Of a stretch of 64,000 bases of DNA, positions 29,449-39,219 are shown piece after piece. Source of the stretch: a virus (Duplodnaviria; Caudoviricetes); IMG/VR virus record IMGVR_UViG_3300044655_001269, positions 7,836 through 71,835 of that record; one strand, 5' to 3'. The notes beneath the pieces are model-generated. The model was not told the DNA's origin and searched no databases. It was given only the letters and a program-made list of their open reading frames with translations. The position numbers were made by a program, and so were the translations under genes. The stretch's first letter is position 1; the number at the start of each line of letters is the position of its first letter.

Positions 29449-30265
29449 AGCAGGATTCCTAGAAGAACCAATAGTAGATGGTTGGAAACATTACCTAGAC
29501 AAACTGATTATAGTAGACTCTATAGAGGATGCCGATCCAGAAATACCAATGATATTACCAGCAAATCCGATTGGTGATACTCAACGTTGGATGCGTGCCG
29601 GTAATCCATATTTTGCATTAAATCGACCTTATATTGGTTCTTGGTCAGCAGCTAAAAGATTTGCAGCTAGAGTATCAGTTAACTCATTTGCATGCACTAA
29701 ACTTGGTGATATGCCATTTAGTCGTTGGAATACTACAAGATTAGAAAAGCAACCTTGGAAAGTCTCCGAAGTTAAAAACGTATTGATTGCAACTTCAAAC
29801 AAAAGTCAAGGCGCATTCACTAACGTATCTCAACAAGATTGGGCTGAAGATATCAAATCGCAATTAGAAGGTGCTAATGTCAAAATCCGGTATAAATCTG
29901 GTAAGAAGTCATCTCAACATAATGGTGATATCTCAAGAGGTGTTACTGGTTTATTTGGTGATGACGGTGAATTTGAGTGGGCTGATTTAGTAATTAGTTA
30001 CAGTTCTGCTATTACCTGCGAAGCCTTTTGGTTCGGTAAGAAAGCAATAAGTCTAGGAGTATGTCCTACATGGGTTGCATGTGATAATCATTTATCTAAC
30101 TGGAATGTACCAACCAAACCAATTAATAGAGATATTTGGCATGAACATATGGCTTGGGTTCAATTCAATATCGATGAATGGGAATCAGGTACTGCACAAG
30201 AAATGACAGTACACTATCAAGGTTGGCCAACTGAAGTGCCACATACTAACAACAATTTCAAATAA
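29423..30265 (+). CDS. KpsS-like GT-B protein
   Basis: Paralog of neighbours (SS....A...G). Confidence 0.55.
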   Translation: MMKKIAQIKAGFLEEPIVDGWKHYLDKLIIVDSIEDADPEIPMILPANPIGDTQRWMRAGNPYFALNRPYIGSWSAAKRFAARVSVNSFACTKLGDMPFSRWNTTRLEKQPWKVSEVKNVLIATSNKSQGAFTNVSQQDWAEDIKSQLEGANVKIRYKSGKKSSQHNGDISRGVTGLFGDDGEFEWADLVISYSSAITCEAFWFGKKAISLGVCPTWVACDNHLSNWNVPTKPINRDIWHEHMAWVQFNIDEWESGTAQEMTVHYQGWPTEVPHTNNNFK

Positions 30266-31175
30266 AACTTCTCATATGAGCCCAACATTCACCAGACTTT
30301 AACTCATCAAAGTTCCAGTGAAACATCGCTAACCGTTCAACCCATTGCTGCCTATCTGGTAGTAATGGGTTTTCTATATCAGACAAACTCAAGTTTGCTA
30401 CTTCTCTACATTGACTTTTATCTGGGTCGGTAACAAAGATCGGGTATCCCTCAATAGCAGCACCAACTACCGGACTAGAATTGCAATTCACCACTGCCCA
30501 ACAGTTGATTAAATCATCTTTTAGATTTGCATTTCTACTAATAGTCAACCCACGCAACTTATTAGTTGCATTTGTAGAATTAAGCAACTCTTTTGTTGCT
30601 TTATCACCCGGGTGTGGTCTAATAACAATTGGCCTATCTGAATACTTTCTCAATTCGTTTATAGTTGAAATAACCCAATCTTGAACATCTGCACTACCCA
30701 TACTCCAACCACCATTTCGTTGCATGCAAATCAAAATGTGATTACCAGTTGTTCTATTATCTTTTAGACTCAAGTTTAAGTTTTTACTTAACCGCTGCCA
30801 TCTAGTAGGATCTATTTTAGAATCGCAGTAGATTCCTGTATTTGGAAATATACCGTTAAAACTATATCTCAAATAATGCAATGGATTAGTAGTGTCGTTA
30901 TAAAGAAACAAGTTACTATCAACCGCAACCGCATACTTACCAGATTTGATTTGTTCTTCAACTACGGTGTTTCGCAATCTCAAATGTGGTCGTTTTATAT
31001 CATTACTAACCCAACCTTGTATAACTCCAACATCAGTTGGTTGATGAGTTAAATCATTTACATCAATTACCGTATCACCATTACGAGCAACACCAGTAGC
31101 AAAGTGATTTAACAAATCAACCTTCTCTTGGTTTTTTGCATTCGGTACTGACCTATGATAGATTGCTACTTTCAC
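30258..31175 (-). CDS. KpsS-like GT-B protein
   Basis: IRPHP, NSS..V.AAIEG.P. Confidence 0.65.
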   Translation of the reverse strand: MKVAIYHRSVPNAKNQEKVDLLNHFATGVARNGDTVIDVNDLTHQPTDVGVIQGWVSNDIKRPHLRLRNTVVEEQIKSGKYAVAVDSNLFLYNDTTNPLHYLRYSFNGIFPNTGIYCDSKIDPTRWQRLSKNLNLSLKDNRTTGNHILICMQRNGGWSMGSADVQDWVISTINELRKYSDRPIVIRPHPGDKATKELLNSTNATNKLRGLTISRNANLKDDLINCWAVVNCNSSPVVGAAIEGYPIFVTDPDKSQCREVANLSLSDIENPLLPDRQQWVERLAMFHWNFDELKSGECWAHMRSFI

Positions 31176-32158
31176 AATTCACCGATCAGTGGCAATAAAT
31201 GCTGCCAAACTTTAGATTCAATCATCTCAGATTCAGACCATTGACTATTTGCTAATTGATTAACCCATCTCTTTAGTTCAAATGTACCAATCTTCTTAGG
31301 ATTCAGCAAGTCACTAATACGATGACTTGAAATTGGATATCCCATGTTTCCTTCGTCCATTGCAATAACGGGAACTCCTGCCAACACTGAATCAATTGCG
31401 GATCCGCTTGTATACGTAATACAAACTCCAGCACCAGATAACTCCTCCTGTAAACTTCGATCTAATCCATTAGACCAATTTATATTTTGGTAATTCTTGA
31501 ATAACACATCTCCAATTTCACCATAAAACTCAGCACGCCCTTTAGCACTCATTGCTGGATGAAATCGAACTACGATTGGTCTATTGGTTATTTCTCTTAT
31601 AGATGCCAATGTTTCCAATAGCCACTCACTCATCTTTTGGCCTCGTAGACTTGCATCGCCTGGTAATTGCAGCAACACCAAGATATTACCTATCGAATGA
31701 TCTTTCCAACCAGCAAATTCTGGAATATCCAAATACTGTTTCATATCAGCTAACCGAGTTTTATCAATCAAATCACCATAGAATATACCATCATTATTCA
31801 TAAACCCATTAATACCAACTCGATAATATTGATGTTTACTTCCTTCTACAATAGTTCTACCTAACAGCGGAGTTTCAATGTAAATTACTTGATCAGCTTT
31901 CTTCTGAATACTTTGACGTGTAATGTGGTGTTCAGCTGACCTAGGTTTAACCGTACCAAACTGCACAGCAATATCACACGATTCTATTTCATTATCGTAA
32001 CTCAACCGTAAATCAATACCATGCTGTCGCTTCAACATACGCTGTGAAGTAACCTCAAATAACTGAAAATAATACCGTTCAATCCCTTCATAGAATGAAC
32101 GCAACACATTACGTTCGGTATTATTTGCACCAGATGCAATACTAACTAATATCTTCAT
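31172..32158 (-). CDS. KpsS-like GT-B protein
   Basis: LQLPGDASL, VRFHP, TS..AIDSVLAGVP. Confidence 0.65.
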   Translation of the reverse strand: MKILVSIASGANNTERNVLRSFYEGIERYYFQLFEVTSQRMLKRQHGIDLRLSYDNEIESCDIAVQFGTVKPRSAEHHITRQSIQKKADQVIYIETPLLGRTIVEGSKHQYYRVGINGFMNNDGIFYGDLIDKTRLADMKQYLDIPEFAGWKDHSIGNILVLLQLPGDASLRGQKMSEWLLETLASIREITNRPIVVRFHPAMSAKGRAEFYGEIGDVLFKNYQNINWSNGLDRSLQEELSGAGVCITYTSGSAIDSVLAGVPVIAMDEGNMGYPISSHRISDLLNPKKIGTFELKRWVNQLANSQWSESEMIESKVWQHLLPLIGEL

Positions 32159-32937
32159 ATACCTAAAATTCGTAAAGCTGAACCATCTTTTAGTTCAGTG
32201 ACGTGAAATTGACCATAGGCTAAGTGGCAAGCCCATGCGTAACGTTCATCCATAGTTGGATAATAAGGTGTTTCTATTTTGCTTAAATCTTGTAATGAAA
32301 CTGGACTAGCTGCATTGTTCACTAAGGTAAATGTCGGTATTCCATACATAATTGCTTCAGTGGCTGCTACGCTATTAAACGTAACTAATGCAAACGTATC
32401 TGATAACGCTTCTTGTAAAGTATTTGTTATTCTCTCACTGCGTAATTTTGCTCTATCACGAACAATCACTGGTCTATCTGTATGTTGTTTAATAGTAGCA
32501 ACGGTTTCAGCAATCCAAGTATCTTTATCGACACCATAAAACTTACAAGGCTTTTCATCCGGTGCAGCAACTAGTATATTTCTACCAGTATTTCGCCAAT
32601 TAGAAAGTGACAATCCTAGTTTCAACCATCGATCCGCAGGTCTTTCAACTACAGCACCATGTTGCAAATCATTCTTTACAATTCTATGATATAACTTATT
32701 ACCCAATGGATTCTTATTGCACTTACCATTCCCAAAATATCCACTATCTATGTAGTAGAAATCGCGACTATCCGCCCAACAACGTTTGATAAGTTTATGT
32801 TTGAGAATACCTCTGAGTACAAGAGGGTCTGTACTAGCATCGTAATCAAAAACATTATATCCAACCACATCATGATTATGGCTAGTCGCAAGCATACCCA
32901 CGTACTCATCTTGAAGATTCTTACTAAGAAATTGCAT
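32155..32937 (-). CDS. KpsS-like GT-B protein
   Basis: DSGYF, NSVAATEAIMYGIP. Confidence 0.6.
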   Translation of the reverse strand: MQFLSKNLQDEYVGMLATSHNHDVVGYNVFDYDASTDPLVLRGILKHKLIKRCWADSRDFYYIDSGYFGNGKCNKNPLGNKLYHRIVKNDLQHGAVVERPADRWLKLGLSLSNWRNTGRNILVAAPDEKPCKFYGVDKDTWIAETVATIKQHTDRPVIVRDRAKLRSERITNTLQEALSDTFALVTFNSVAATEAIMYGIPTFTLVNNAASPVSLQDLSKIETPYYPTMDERYAWACHLAYGQFHVTELKDGSALRILGI

Positions 32938-33607
32938 TTACTTGAGTCGAGTAGTTTGTTAACATTCTTTCTCTGTGCCATTCGTCTGCCATTGGAGTTA
33001 GTGCAAAATCATGGAAACAAGGAGTTCCAAGTGTATAGTGTAGAAGTTTAGCATCAGGATTAGCACCAAATTCATCAGGTAACCAATTCCATTCAACTGG
33101 CAATTCACCAATCAAATCATCAGTTAACCAAGTAAAACGATGTAAAAATGCACCAGAGGAGGCTTGTATTAAACCAGAGGTTAACTGTCTATTAGCTGGA
33201 TGTGCACAATTCCACAGCACTACACTAGACCAATTCTTACGTGGATAATTTTGATTAACTGAACCCAAGTACTTGGTGGTCATCTTAGTTTCATAATTAT
33301 GATGAACACATTGAACTGCTTTTGTCGGATCTCGCATATCCCAGAGTTTAGTAATATCTTCACGTAGTAACATATCACCATCGATAAAGATTGCCCAACC
33401 TTCATAATTCATTAAACTAGGAACCAAGAATCGACTATAAATGAATTGGTTACTACCATCGTCGTGCGTTTCTGCATAATCTTTTAGATTATCCAAAGCC
33501 AATGGAACTAATGCTACTGGCTTTGAACTATGTCTAATAACACTATTAGCACAAACATGATAAGCTATTGCTTCTCGTGGGTCATACCCAATGAATACTG
33601 TGATCAT
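32924..33607 (-). CDS. GT8-like glycosyltransferase
   Basis: FIGYDPRE, SRFLVP, FIDGDML, RKNWSS, HYT.G.P. Confidence 0.8.
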   Translation of the reverse strand: MITVFIGYDPREAIAYHVCANSVIRHSSKPVALVPLALDNLKDYAETHDDGSNQFIYSRFLVPSLMNYEGWAIFIDGDMLLREDITKLWDMRDPTKAVQCVHHNYETKMTTKYLGSVNQNYPRKNWSSVVLWNCAHPANRQLTSGLIQASSGAFLHRFTWLTDDLIGELPVEWNWLPDEFGANPDAKLLHYTLGTPCFHDFALTPMADEWHRERMLTNYSTQVNAIS

Positions 33608-34341
33608 TTTCTTTCAATATCCTCTTCAACACAACTTTCACCGTATTGTATTTCAATTATTCTTAGTGGTCTATCTGTGATATTACTCAATTGATGCCAA
33701 GTATGCTCAGGTACGTGATATTCATCATGTGTAACTAATGTAGAAATCGAATCAGAACTAGTAACAGTTGCCGTGCCTTCAGCTACCATCCAATACTCAG
33801 ACCGAGATTCATGTCGTTGCATTGATAATGATGACTGGGGATTTACTGTTAATTCTTTAACTTTTATTCCAGGAACATCATGCAATACTCGATAATAACC
33901 CCATACACGATTAGTCTTAGGTGATTTCCACTCAGTTAATATCCATGAACTTGAATTCTTTTTATTAGTACCACCAACACCAAATGCAAATTCTACATTC
34001 CTAACTGACATCTCTGGGATATTACTAGCCGTTCTATCACCACCGTTAGCAAAGATATACCGGTTATCTGGGTATAAAGTTTTGACTCGATTAATAGCAT
34101 CAATCGCATCACCATTCGTATCATCAAATACAATACAATCATCAACCATCTTTAAGTTCTGAATGATAGATACCCGCTCGTCAAGTGGCATGAAAGCCTG
34201 GCCTTTCTTACGAACAAGCCATTCATCACTATTCACACCAACAACAAGTATATCACCCAAAGTCTTAGCAGCCTTCAAGTATTCTATATGACCAGAATGA
34301 ATCGGATCAAATCCACCAGTTACTATTACTATTGTATTCAT
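33604..34341 (-). CDS. Cytidylyltransferase-family nucleotidyltransferase fused to a mannose-6-P isomerase-type cupin
   Basis: GGFDPIHSGH, NGGDR, WG.Y...LSMQRH..RSEYW, EIQYG...EEDIER. Confidence 0.85.
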   Translation of the reverse strand: MNTIVIVTGGFDPIHSGHIEYLKAAKTLGDILVVGVNSDEWLVRKKGQAFMPLDERVSIIQNLKMVDDCIVFDDTNGDAIDAINRVKTLYPDNRYIFANGGDRTASNIPEMSVRNVEFAFGVGGTNKKNSSSWILTEWKSPKTNRVWGYYRVLHDVPGIKVKELTVNPQSSLSMQRHESRSEYWMVAEGTATVTSSDSISTLVTHDEYHVPEHTWHQLSNITDRPLRIIEIQYGESCVEEDIERK

Positions 34342-35021
34342 CGATAATGTGCCGCGTGAACTGCATCAGTATAACCAACATCAATTACAACAGGTTTACC
34401 ATTAAATAAACCCCAGTTGGCTGTTCTTACAAAATCCCATAAACCTACATCAAAATTAACTGCAAGTTCAGTTAATGCCTGTGCATATTCTTCACACAAC
34501 TCAACATCTTCGTCTGTGTACTTAAATCTATCTGATTTCAACTCACGAATAACTTCTTCGTGACTTAAGGTTCCACCTTTCTTACCAGTACTAGCAAATG
34601 CCATAGCAACCAATAAACGTAAAGTACCACATTTCATTAAATTGCACAATTGTTTTTCAGTAGCTTTCTGTGCTTTTTCTGTATGAATCCAAACCGGTTC
34701 ATCATGCTCTTCATCATAATCGATAATTGGGATAGTAATTCCCAAATCTTGCACATAACCATCATCTAGTATTTCTGCTTCTTCTTTGTTCTGTGCCATT
34801 CCTTTTACATTATGCGCAACTTTAAGAACAGTTGGTCTACCTTCGTATTCAATATCAAAAGCAGTTCTCGATGATCCCTTGCCCATCTTTTGGGCACGTG
34901 CGACCGCATATTCAATTCTTTTCTTGTATGATGTTTGTGGCGTGTATACCGATTTATCCCAATCTGGTGGGAGTGGTGCTTCATCGATTGCTGATTCGCC
35001 GATGATGTCTGTTATTCTCAT
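34338..35021 (-). CDS. Protein-kinase-like fold protein with MRITDIIGE leader
   Basis: GKGSSR Gly loop, VLKVA, E helix, D....N, IDVG; TAAATA upstream. Confidence 0.55.
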   Translation of the reverse strand: MRITDIIGESAIDEAPLPPDWDKSVYTPQTSYKKRIEYAVARAQKMGKGSSRTAFDIEYEGRPTVLKVAHNVKGMAQNKEEAEILDDGYVQDLGITIPIIDYDEEHDEPVWIHTEKAQKATEKQLCNLMKCGTLRLLVAMAFASTGKKGGTLSHEEVIRELKSDRFKYTDEDVELCEEYAQALTELAVNFDVGLWDFVRTANWGLFNGKPVVIDVGYTDAVHAAHYR

Positions 35022-35071
35022 GGATTTAACCTCTTAGTTTTCCTATATTTATTGTAATTTTGAGATAACAA

Positions 35072-35094
35072 AAAGCCCACTCGAGAGTGGGCTT
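35072..35094 (-). terminator. Intrinsic terminator after uvsY
   Basis: AAGCCCAC-TCGAGA-GTGGGCTT with A/T run. Confidence 0.7.
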
Positions 35095-35132
35095 CCGTGT
35101 CAATGGTGGATACAAAGTGTATCAATTATCTT

Positions 35133-35591
35133 TTAGATAGACGCATCATCCAATCCAGCAGTTCTTAACTTAACGATATTGGATAACTGCCATTGCTTAA
35201 TATCCAATCCTTTGATAACACCAAGATACTGGTTTCTGAGTAAGGCAACGTCATTGATTAATATCTCAAAATCAACTACGTCTTGTTCTCCATCTACATA
35301 TCTATCACAATCCCTACTACTCAAAGAACGTTGATATGTTTCAAGATACTTTTGGAAATGTTGACTTTTCATCTGCTTCAAACAAATGTTCAAGTATTCC
35401 AATATAGCCTCAATCTCTTGTAACTGGCAAAAACGTGTTTCAACAATCCCTGGCATTGCAGCTGCCGCACGTTCAATACTACCAGAAATCTTAACGTCTA
35501 CCTTGGCAGAACCTAATTCTGACCGATAATGGGCAATTGCGTGTGGAACATTCGTTATATCCCGTGAAACCTTATCATACCAGTTTGTCAT
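35133..35591 (-). CDS. uvsY: Recombination mediator UvsY-like
   Basis: Helical protein with K.WQL.NI...R.AG C-terminus, next to uvsX. Confidence 0.75.
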   Translation of the reverse strand: MTNWYDKVSRDITNVPHAIAHYRSELGSAKVDVKISGSIERAAAAMPGIVETRFCQLQEIEAILEYLNICLKQMKSQHFQKYLETYQRSLSSRDCDRYVDGEQDVVDFEILINDVALLRNQYLGVIKGLDIKQWQLSNIVKLRTAGLDDASI

Positions 35592-35599
35592 TTTTCACC

Positions 35600-35815
35600 T
35601 TATTCGTCGTCGTAATCGTCGTCTTCGTCATCCATAACTGCTTCTAATGCAAAGTCTAAGTATGGGTCTACACCTACTAAACTTTCTAACATCGTTTCTT
35701 TAATCCCGTGGTCTTGTAATACATTTACATACTCAACTGCCGCGTTCTTGCGTTGTCTTTCCGATAAGTGTTCAACTAATACAGTCCAAATGTCAGTGAT
35801 TAATGCTTCTTTCAT
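35600..35815 (-). CDS. Small acidic hypothetical protein
   Basis: AGGAG SD. Confidence 0.65.
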   Translation of the reverse strand: MKEALITDIWTVLVEHLSERQRKNAAVEYVNVLQDHGIKETMLESLVGVDPYLDFALEAVMDDEDDDYDDE

Positions 35816-35906
35816 GGGTTGTTTTCTCCTTAATTAAAAATGTTAACTGACCTTATGTATCATTTTGGAAAACCCGCCTTATAGAAAGACGGGTTTTTGG
35901 GATGAT

Positions 35907-37403
35907 TTAATCTAGTTCCTCTTCACTTTGATCATCATCAAGTTCTGAAGCAACTTCAACTGCTTGTACTTTTTTCTGGAATTCAGAAATAACCAAATCT
36001 AAGATACCGTTCTCATTCTTATTCCATTCTTTACGGAAATACTTATGAATACCACCGTTAGTGTCAATATAAACGTATCGGTTGCCTTCTTTAGTGATCA
36101 GTTTTTTGCCTTCTAACAGGCTAAACATACCACTATACAAACTCATACCTTCTGTATACGGGATTTGAACTTCAATATCAGTGAATGGTTGTGCGTATCG
36201 AGTCTTCATGATTTTACAACCCGCTCGAATACCATGAACGGTTGACGTTTTATTACCGTCTTCATCCTCTTTTAGTTTCAACTTTTTCATTGCAACTACG
36301 ATACTAGAAGCATAAATTGCGCCAGCGCCACCCGATATTTTTGGATCAGGGTTGTATGGGTCTTGAGAGTCATATGTGTGGTTTGTACATACCATACCAA
36401 TGTTATAATTACCAAACATATTAACACAATTGCGAACCAATGCCATCAAAGCCTTTGGCTTACGTCCCATGTCTCCTTTTAAATCACCACTTTCAAACTG
36501 ATTAACATCCACTGGGGTTAATAGCATACCCAATGAATCCACCACAAATAGAACCTTCGGTCTATCAGCTTCATCCATTGATTTTATCTCTTTCATGAAT
36601 TCATTGATAGTTCTAGCAACATCGTCGATCATTGACATACCAAGTCGCATCAATTTATCTGGGCTAGTATCAACACCGAGTGCCTGCAACCAAGCCTCGT
36701 CAAGCGCATTCTCACTGTCAATCAAAACAACGAAGATACCTTGTTCCTGTGCATTTTTAACAATGTTGCCAGAACAAATATAAGACTTACCACTATTATG
36801 ACTCGAGAATCCATCACTCCAGTAACGGTGGTTTTGGTGTAACACCTCGAAATCGTAACACTCAGCATCTGCCAAATATTCTTTACTGGTGATTTCTTCG
36901 GCACCATCAACAGTCATAACTGAATCACCAATGGTTAATTCACCAGCAGTAACCCATTCACCATCTTCTAGTTGATATAAGTGATTAGTTGCAGATTCTG
37001 CACTTCTAGTAGCAGTTGTAATCTTAACAATTGACAATGAACCTTTATCAAACCATTGACCAACTAATTGGTAGTCGTCTGGTGTTGAAATTTTTAATTT
37101 TTCAACAGCTGAATCATGAACCAATTCACGAAGTTTAGAAACAGTTACAGTTTCATTAAACCCAACCTCGTTAATAGTGTATTTGACATCGACCTTAGCC
37201 AATGCAGGTAAACACCCTGATTCCCCGGCGAAGACTGTAACCTTACCTAATGGAATACCTTTATTGAAATCACCACTAATCAAATAGTTAAGTGCATAAT
37301 TACCACAACTAATCCAATCAGTTGGGTCATTGAAACCAACACCAAGACCTTCAATAGACTTGGTTAATGTTTTACGAAATTTACTTACGTCAAATGCTTT
37401 CAT
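35907..37403 (-). CDS. uvsX: RecA-like recombinase UvsX, intein-containing (start MKAFDV)
   Basis: GESG|SGKS P-loop, DSENA, VDSLG; GAGGAGAGG SD. Confidence 0.92.
   Translation of the reverse strand: MKAFDVSKFRKTLTKSIEGLGVGFNDPTDWISCGNYALNYLISGDFNKGIPLGKVTVFAGESGCLPALAKVDVKYTINEVGFNETVTVSKLRELVHDSAVEKLKISTPDDYQLVGQWFDKGSLSIVKITTATRSAESATNHLYQLEDGEWVTAGELTIGDSVMTVDGAEEITSKEYLADAECYDFEVLHQNHRYWSDGFSSHNSGKSYICSGNIVKNAQEQGIFVVLIDSENALDEAWLQALGVDTSPDKLMRLGMSMIDDVARTINEFMKEIKSMDEADRPKVLFVVDSLGMLLTPVDVNQFESGDLKGDMGRKPKALMALVRNCVNMFGNYNIGMVCTNHTYDSQDPYNPDPKISGGAGAIYASSIVVAMKKLKLKEDEDGNKTSTVHGIRAGCKIMKTRYAQPFTDIEVQIPYTEGMSLYSGMFSLLEGKKLITKEGNRYVYIDTNGGIHKYFRKEWNKNENGILDLVISEFQKKVQAVEVASELDDDQSEEELD
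36795..37214 (-). mobile_element. Mini-intein in UvsX P-loop (140 aa)
   Basis: G|CLP...T.NH...CYDFEV...SHN|S. Confidence 0.9.
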
Positions 37404-37467
37404 TACCTCTCCTCTATAAACGAAAAAAGGGTGTGCAGGACCTATCCTACACACCCAATACTACTGA

Positions 37468-38490
37468 TTAAGCCGTTTGACGGTCACGAATCATTTTAAG
37501 AATGTCTTGTGCACGACTTGCGCCTTCACCAGTCGTTTCAGGTGCAACCGCTGGTGCAGCATAAGAAGCCGCAGCAGGAGTTTCCCATGGTAAATCATCA
37601 GCAGATGATAAAGGAGCAGAAACAACTGGGTCAGCAACTAACGCAGCTACTGGAGCAGCCGGTGCAGCAACTACACGAGATTCAGTAGTAGGTGCTTGAA
37701 TGCCATTTGGACGATAGTATTGACCCCATCTTTCAACATCATAGGCTTCACCATCAACCGATGCTTCAAACATTTCTTTGATAACTTTCAACTCAACTTC
37801 ACCAGGACGTTTAGGTAAGAAGTCAGCTAAGTTGAATAACCCATGGTCAGCAATTGCTTGCAATTCTTCTTCATTTAAAGCACGTTCACGACGGCTCCAT
37901 TTAGAAGTTGAGTAATCAGCAAATCCACCTTTTGAGGTTTTGCAAATACGGAAGTCAAGACCACGTAAGTAATCAGTTGGTAATTCATCCAACTCTGGAT
38001 CTAATAAGGCAGATTTAATCAAACCAAAGATTTGTGGACTGATAATGAATCTACGGATTTTGTTTTCAGGTGGGTTGTCTTCTTTCAAGCCATCTTCAAC
38101 AACAAAACCTTGTGCTAAGAATGTACGTTTTTTCCAATACTTACGACCCATTTCTTCCAAAGATTTGTCTTTGAACCAACCACGAACCTCGGTTAAAATT
38201 GGGCAGTATGCTTTTGCATCATACATTTCAATACATGGAACTTGAACAACAACTGGACGTGAATCTGCCTCGCCTTTAATGCCAGCGAAGGGAAGTCTAA
38301 TCATTTGTTTTTCAACCCAGAAGAAATCATTGGTTGTGTCTGCATCCGGTAAGAATCGGATTGTTGTTTCATTGCCGTCAGCAATGTTCCAGTGTGGATA
38401 GATAACGCTTGGTTCGCCATTAGAACCACTGTTAGATTGGTTGTTTTGTGATGCTTGAAGTTTTGCGCGGATTTCAGCTAAAGATGCCAT
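37468..38490 (-). CDS. gp32: Single-stranded DNA-binding protein (T4 gp32-like)
   Basis: IRFLP, CP, DF...K...G.ADY..S.W; acidic/Ala-Pro tail. Confidence 0.88.
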   Translation of the reverse strand: MASLAEIRAKLQASQNNQSNSGSNGEPSVIYPHWNIADGNETTIRFLPDADTTNDFFWVEKQMIRLPFAGIKGEADSRPVVVQVPCIEMYDAKAYCPILTEVRGWFKDKSLEEMGRKYWKKRTFLAQGFVVEDGLKEDNPPENKIRRFIISPQIFGLIKSALLDPELDELPTDYLRGLDFRICKTSKGGFADYSTSKWSRRERALNEEELQAIADHGLFNLADFLPKRPGEVELKVIKEMFEASVDGEAYDVERWGQYYRPNGIQAPTTESRVVAAPAAPVAALVADPVVSAPLSSADDLPWETPAAASYAAPAVAPETTGEGASRAQDILKMIRDRQTA

Positions 38491-38620
38491 TTGTGTATTC
38501 CTATAAAAAGTAAAAGTTTGTACTGCTCTTGTGAATTGTAACGCTGTTGTAAGTATATCTAAATCATAATGCCGTCCTAGGTTGCTTTTGAAAGTTTGGG
38601 CTAAGGGTTTCTTAGCCCAG

Positions 38621-38736
38621 TTTGTTAAGTATATAGTGTTTGTTCGGTGTTGTCAATCTTTATTTCTGTTTAACTTGAGACTTGACGTCATTTGTTAAGT
38701 ATAGTTGTTTTGTTTTAGTATGTCAATCTTTATTTT
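38621..38736 (-). promoter_or_regulatory. Two tandem sigma70-like promoters upstream of gp32
   Basis: Duplicated AAATAAAGATTGACA-N-TATACTTAACAAA on the minus strand. Confidence 0.65.
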
Positions 38737-38881
38737 CCATCATTGAAATATCGTAAGTCTGTAATCTCGCTATTAGGGAACTTTTTTCAAATATGGGTTA
38801 ATTATCTTTTAGTATGCTTATTGTACGACTCAAACCAGTTACCTATTGATTAGCTTTAGGGAACTATTATCTTTTAGTATT

Positions 38882-38956
38882 TGGCTCCATCGGATGGACT
38901 CGAACCACCGGCATGAAAATTAACAGTTTTCCGTTCTACCGCTGAACTACGATGGA
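38882..38956 (-). tRNA. tRNA-Asn(GTT)
   Basis: TCCATCG/CGATGGA acceptor, CTGTTAA loop, TTCGAGT, G-CCA end. Confidence 0.92.
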
Positions 38957-38984
38957 TTAATGTATTGTAAGTCATTGATTTATA

Positions 38985-39060
38985 TGGAGCCGGAGACACG
39001 GATCGAACGCGCGACAAACTACGTACTAAGCAGTTGCTCTACCAACTGAGCTACACCGGC
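38985..39060 (-). tRNA. tRNA-Thr(AGT)
   Basis: GCCGGTG acceptor, ACTGC-TTAGTAC-GTAGT anticodon arm, TTCGATC, CCA end. Confidence 0.8.
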
Positions 39061-39219
39061 ACTTCATATATTGTATTTATCTAAAAGATAATGAAAACCA
39101 CTTTGAGTAAATCATCTTTTAGACTAAGTATTTAGCTAAATGCTAAGAAAAACCGTTCATAAATATGGTTGTGTATGGGGCCATACACAACCGATTAACT
39201 CAACCTATTTAATAATATT

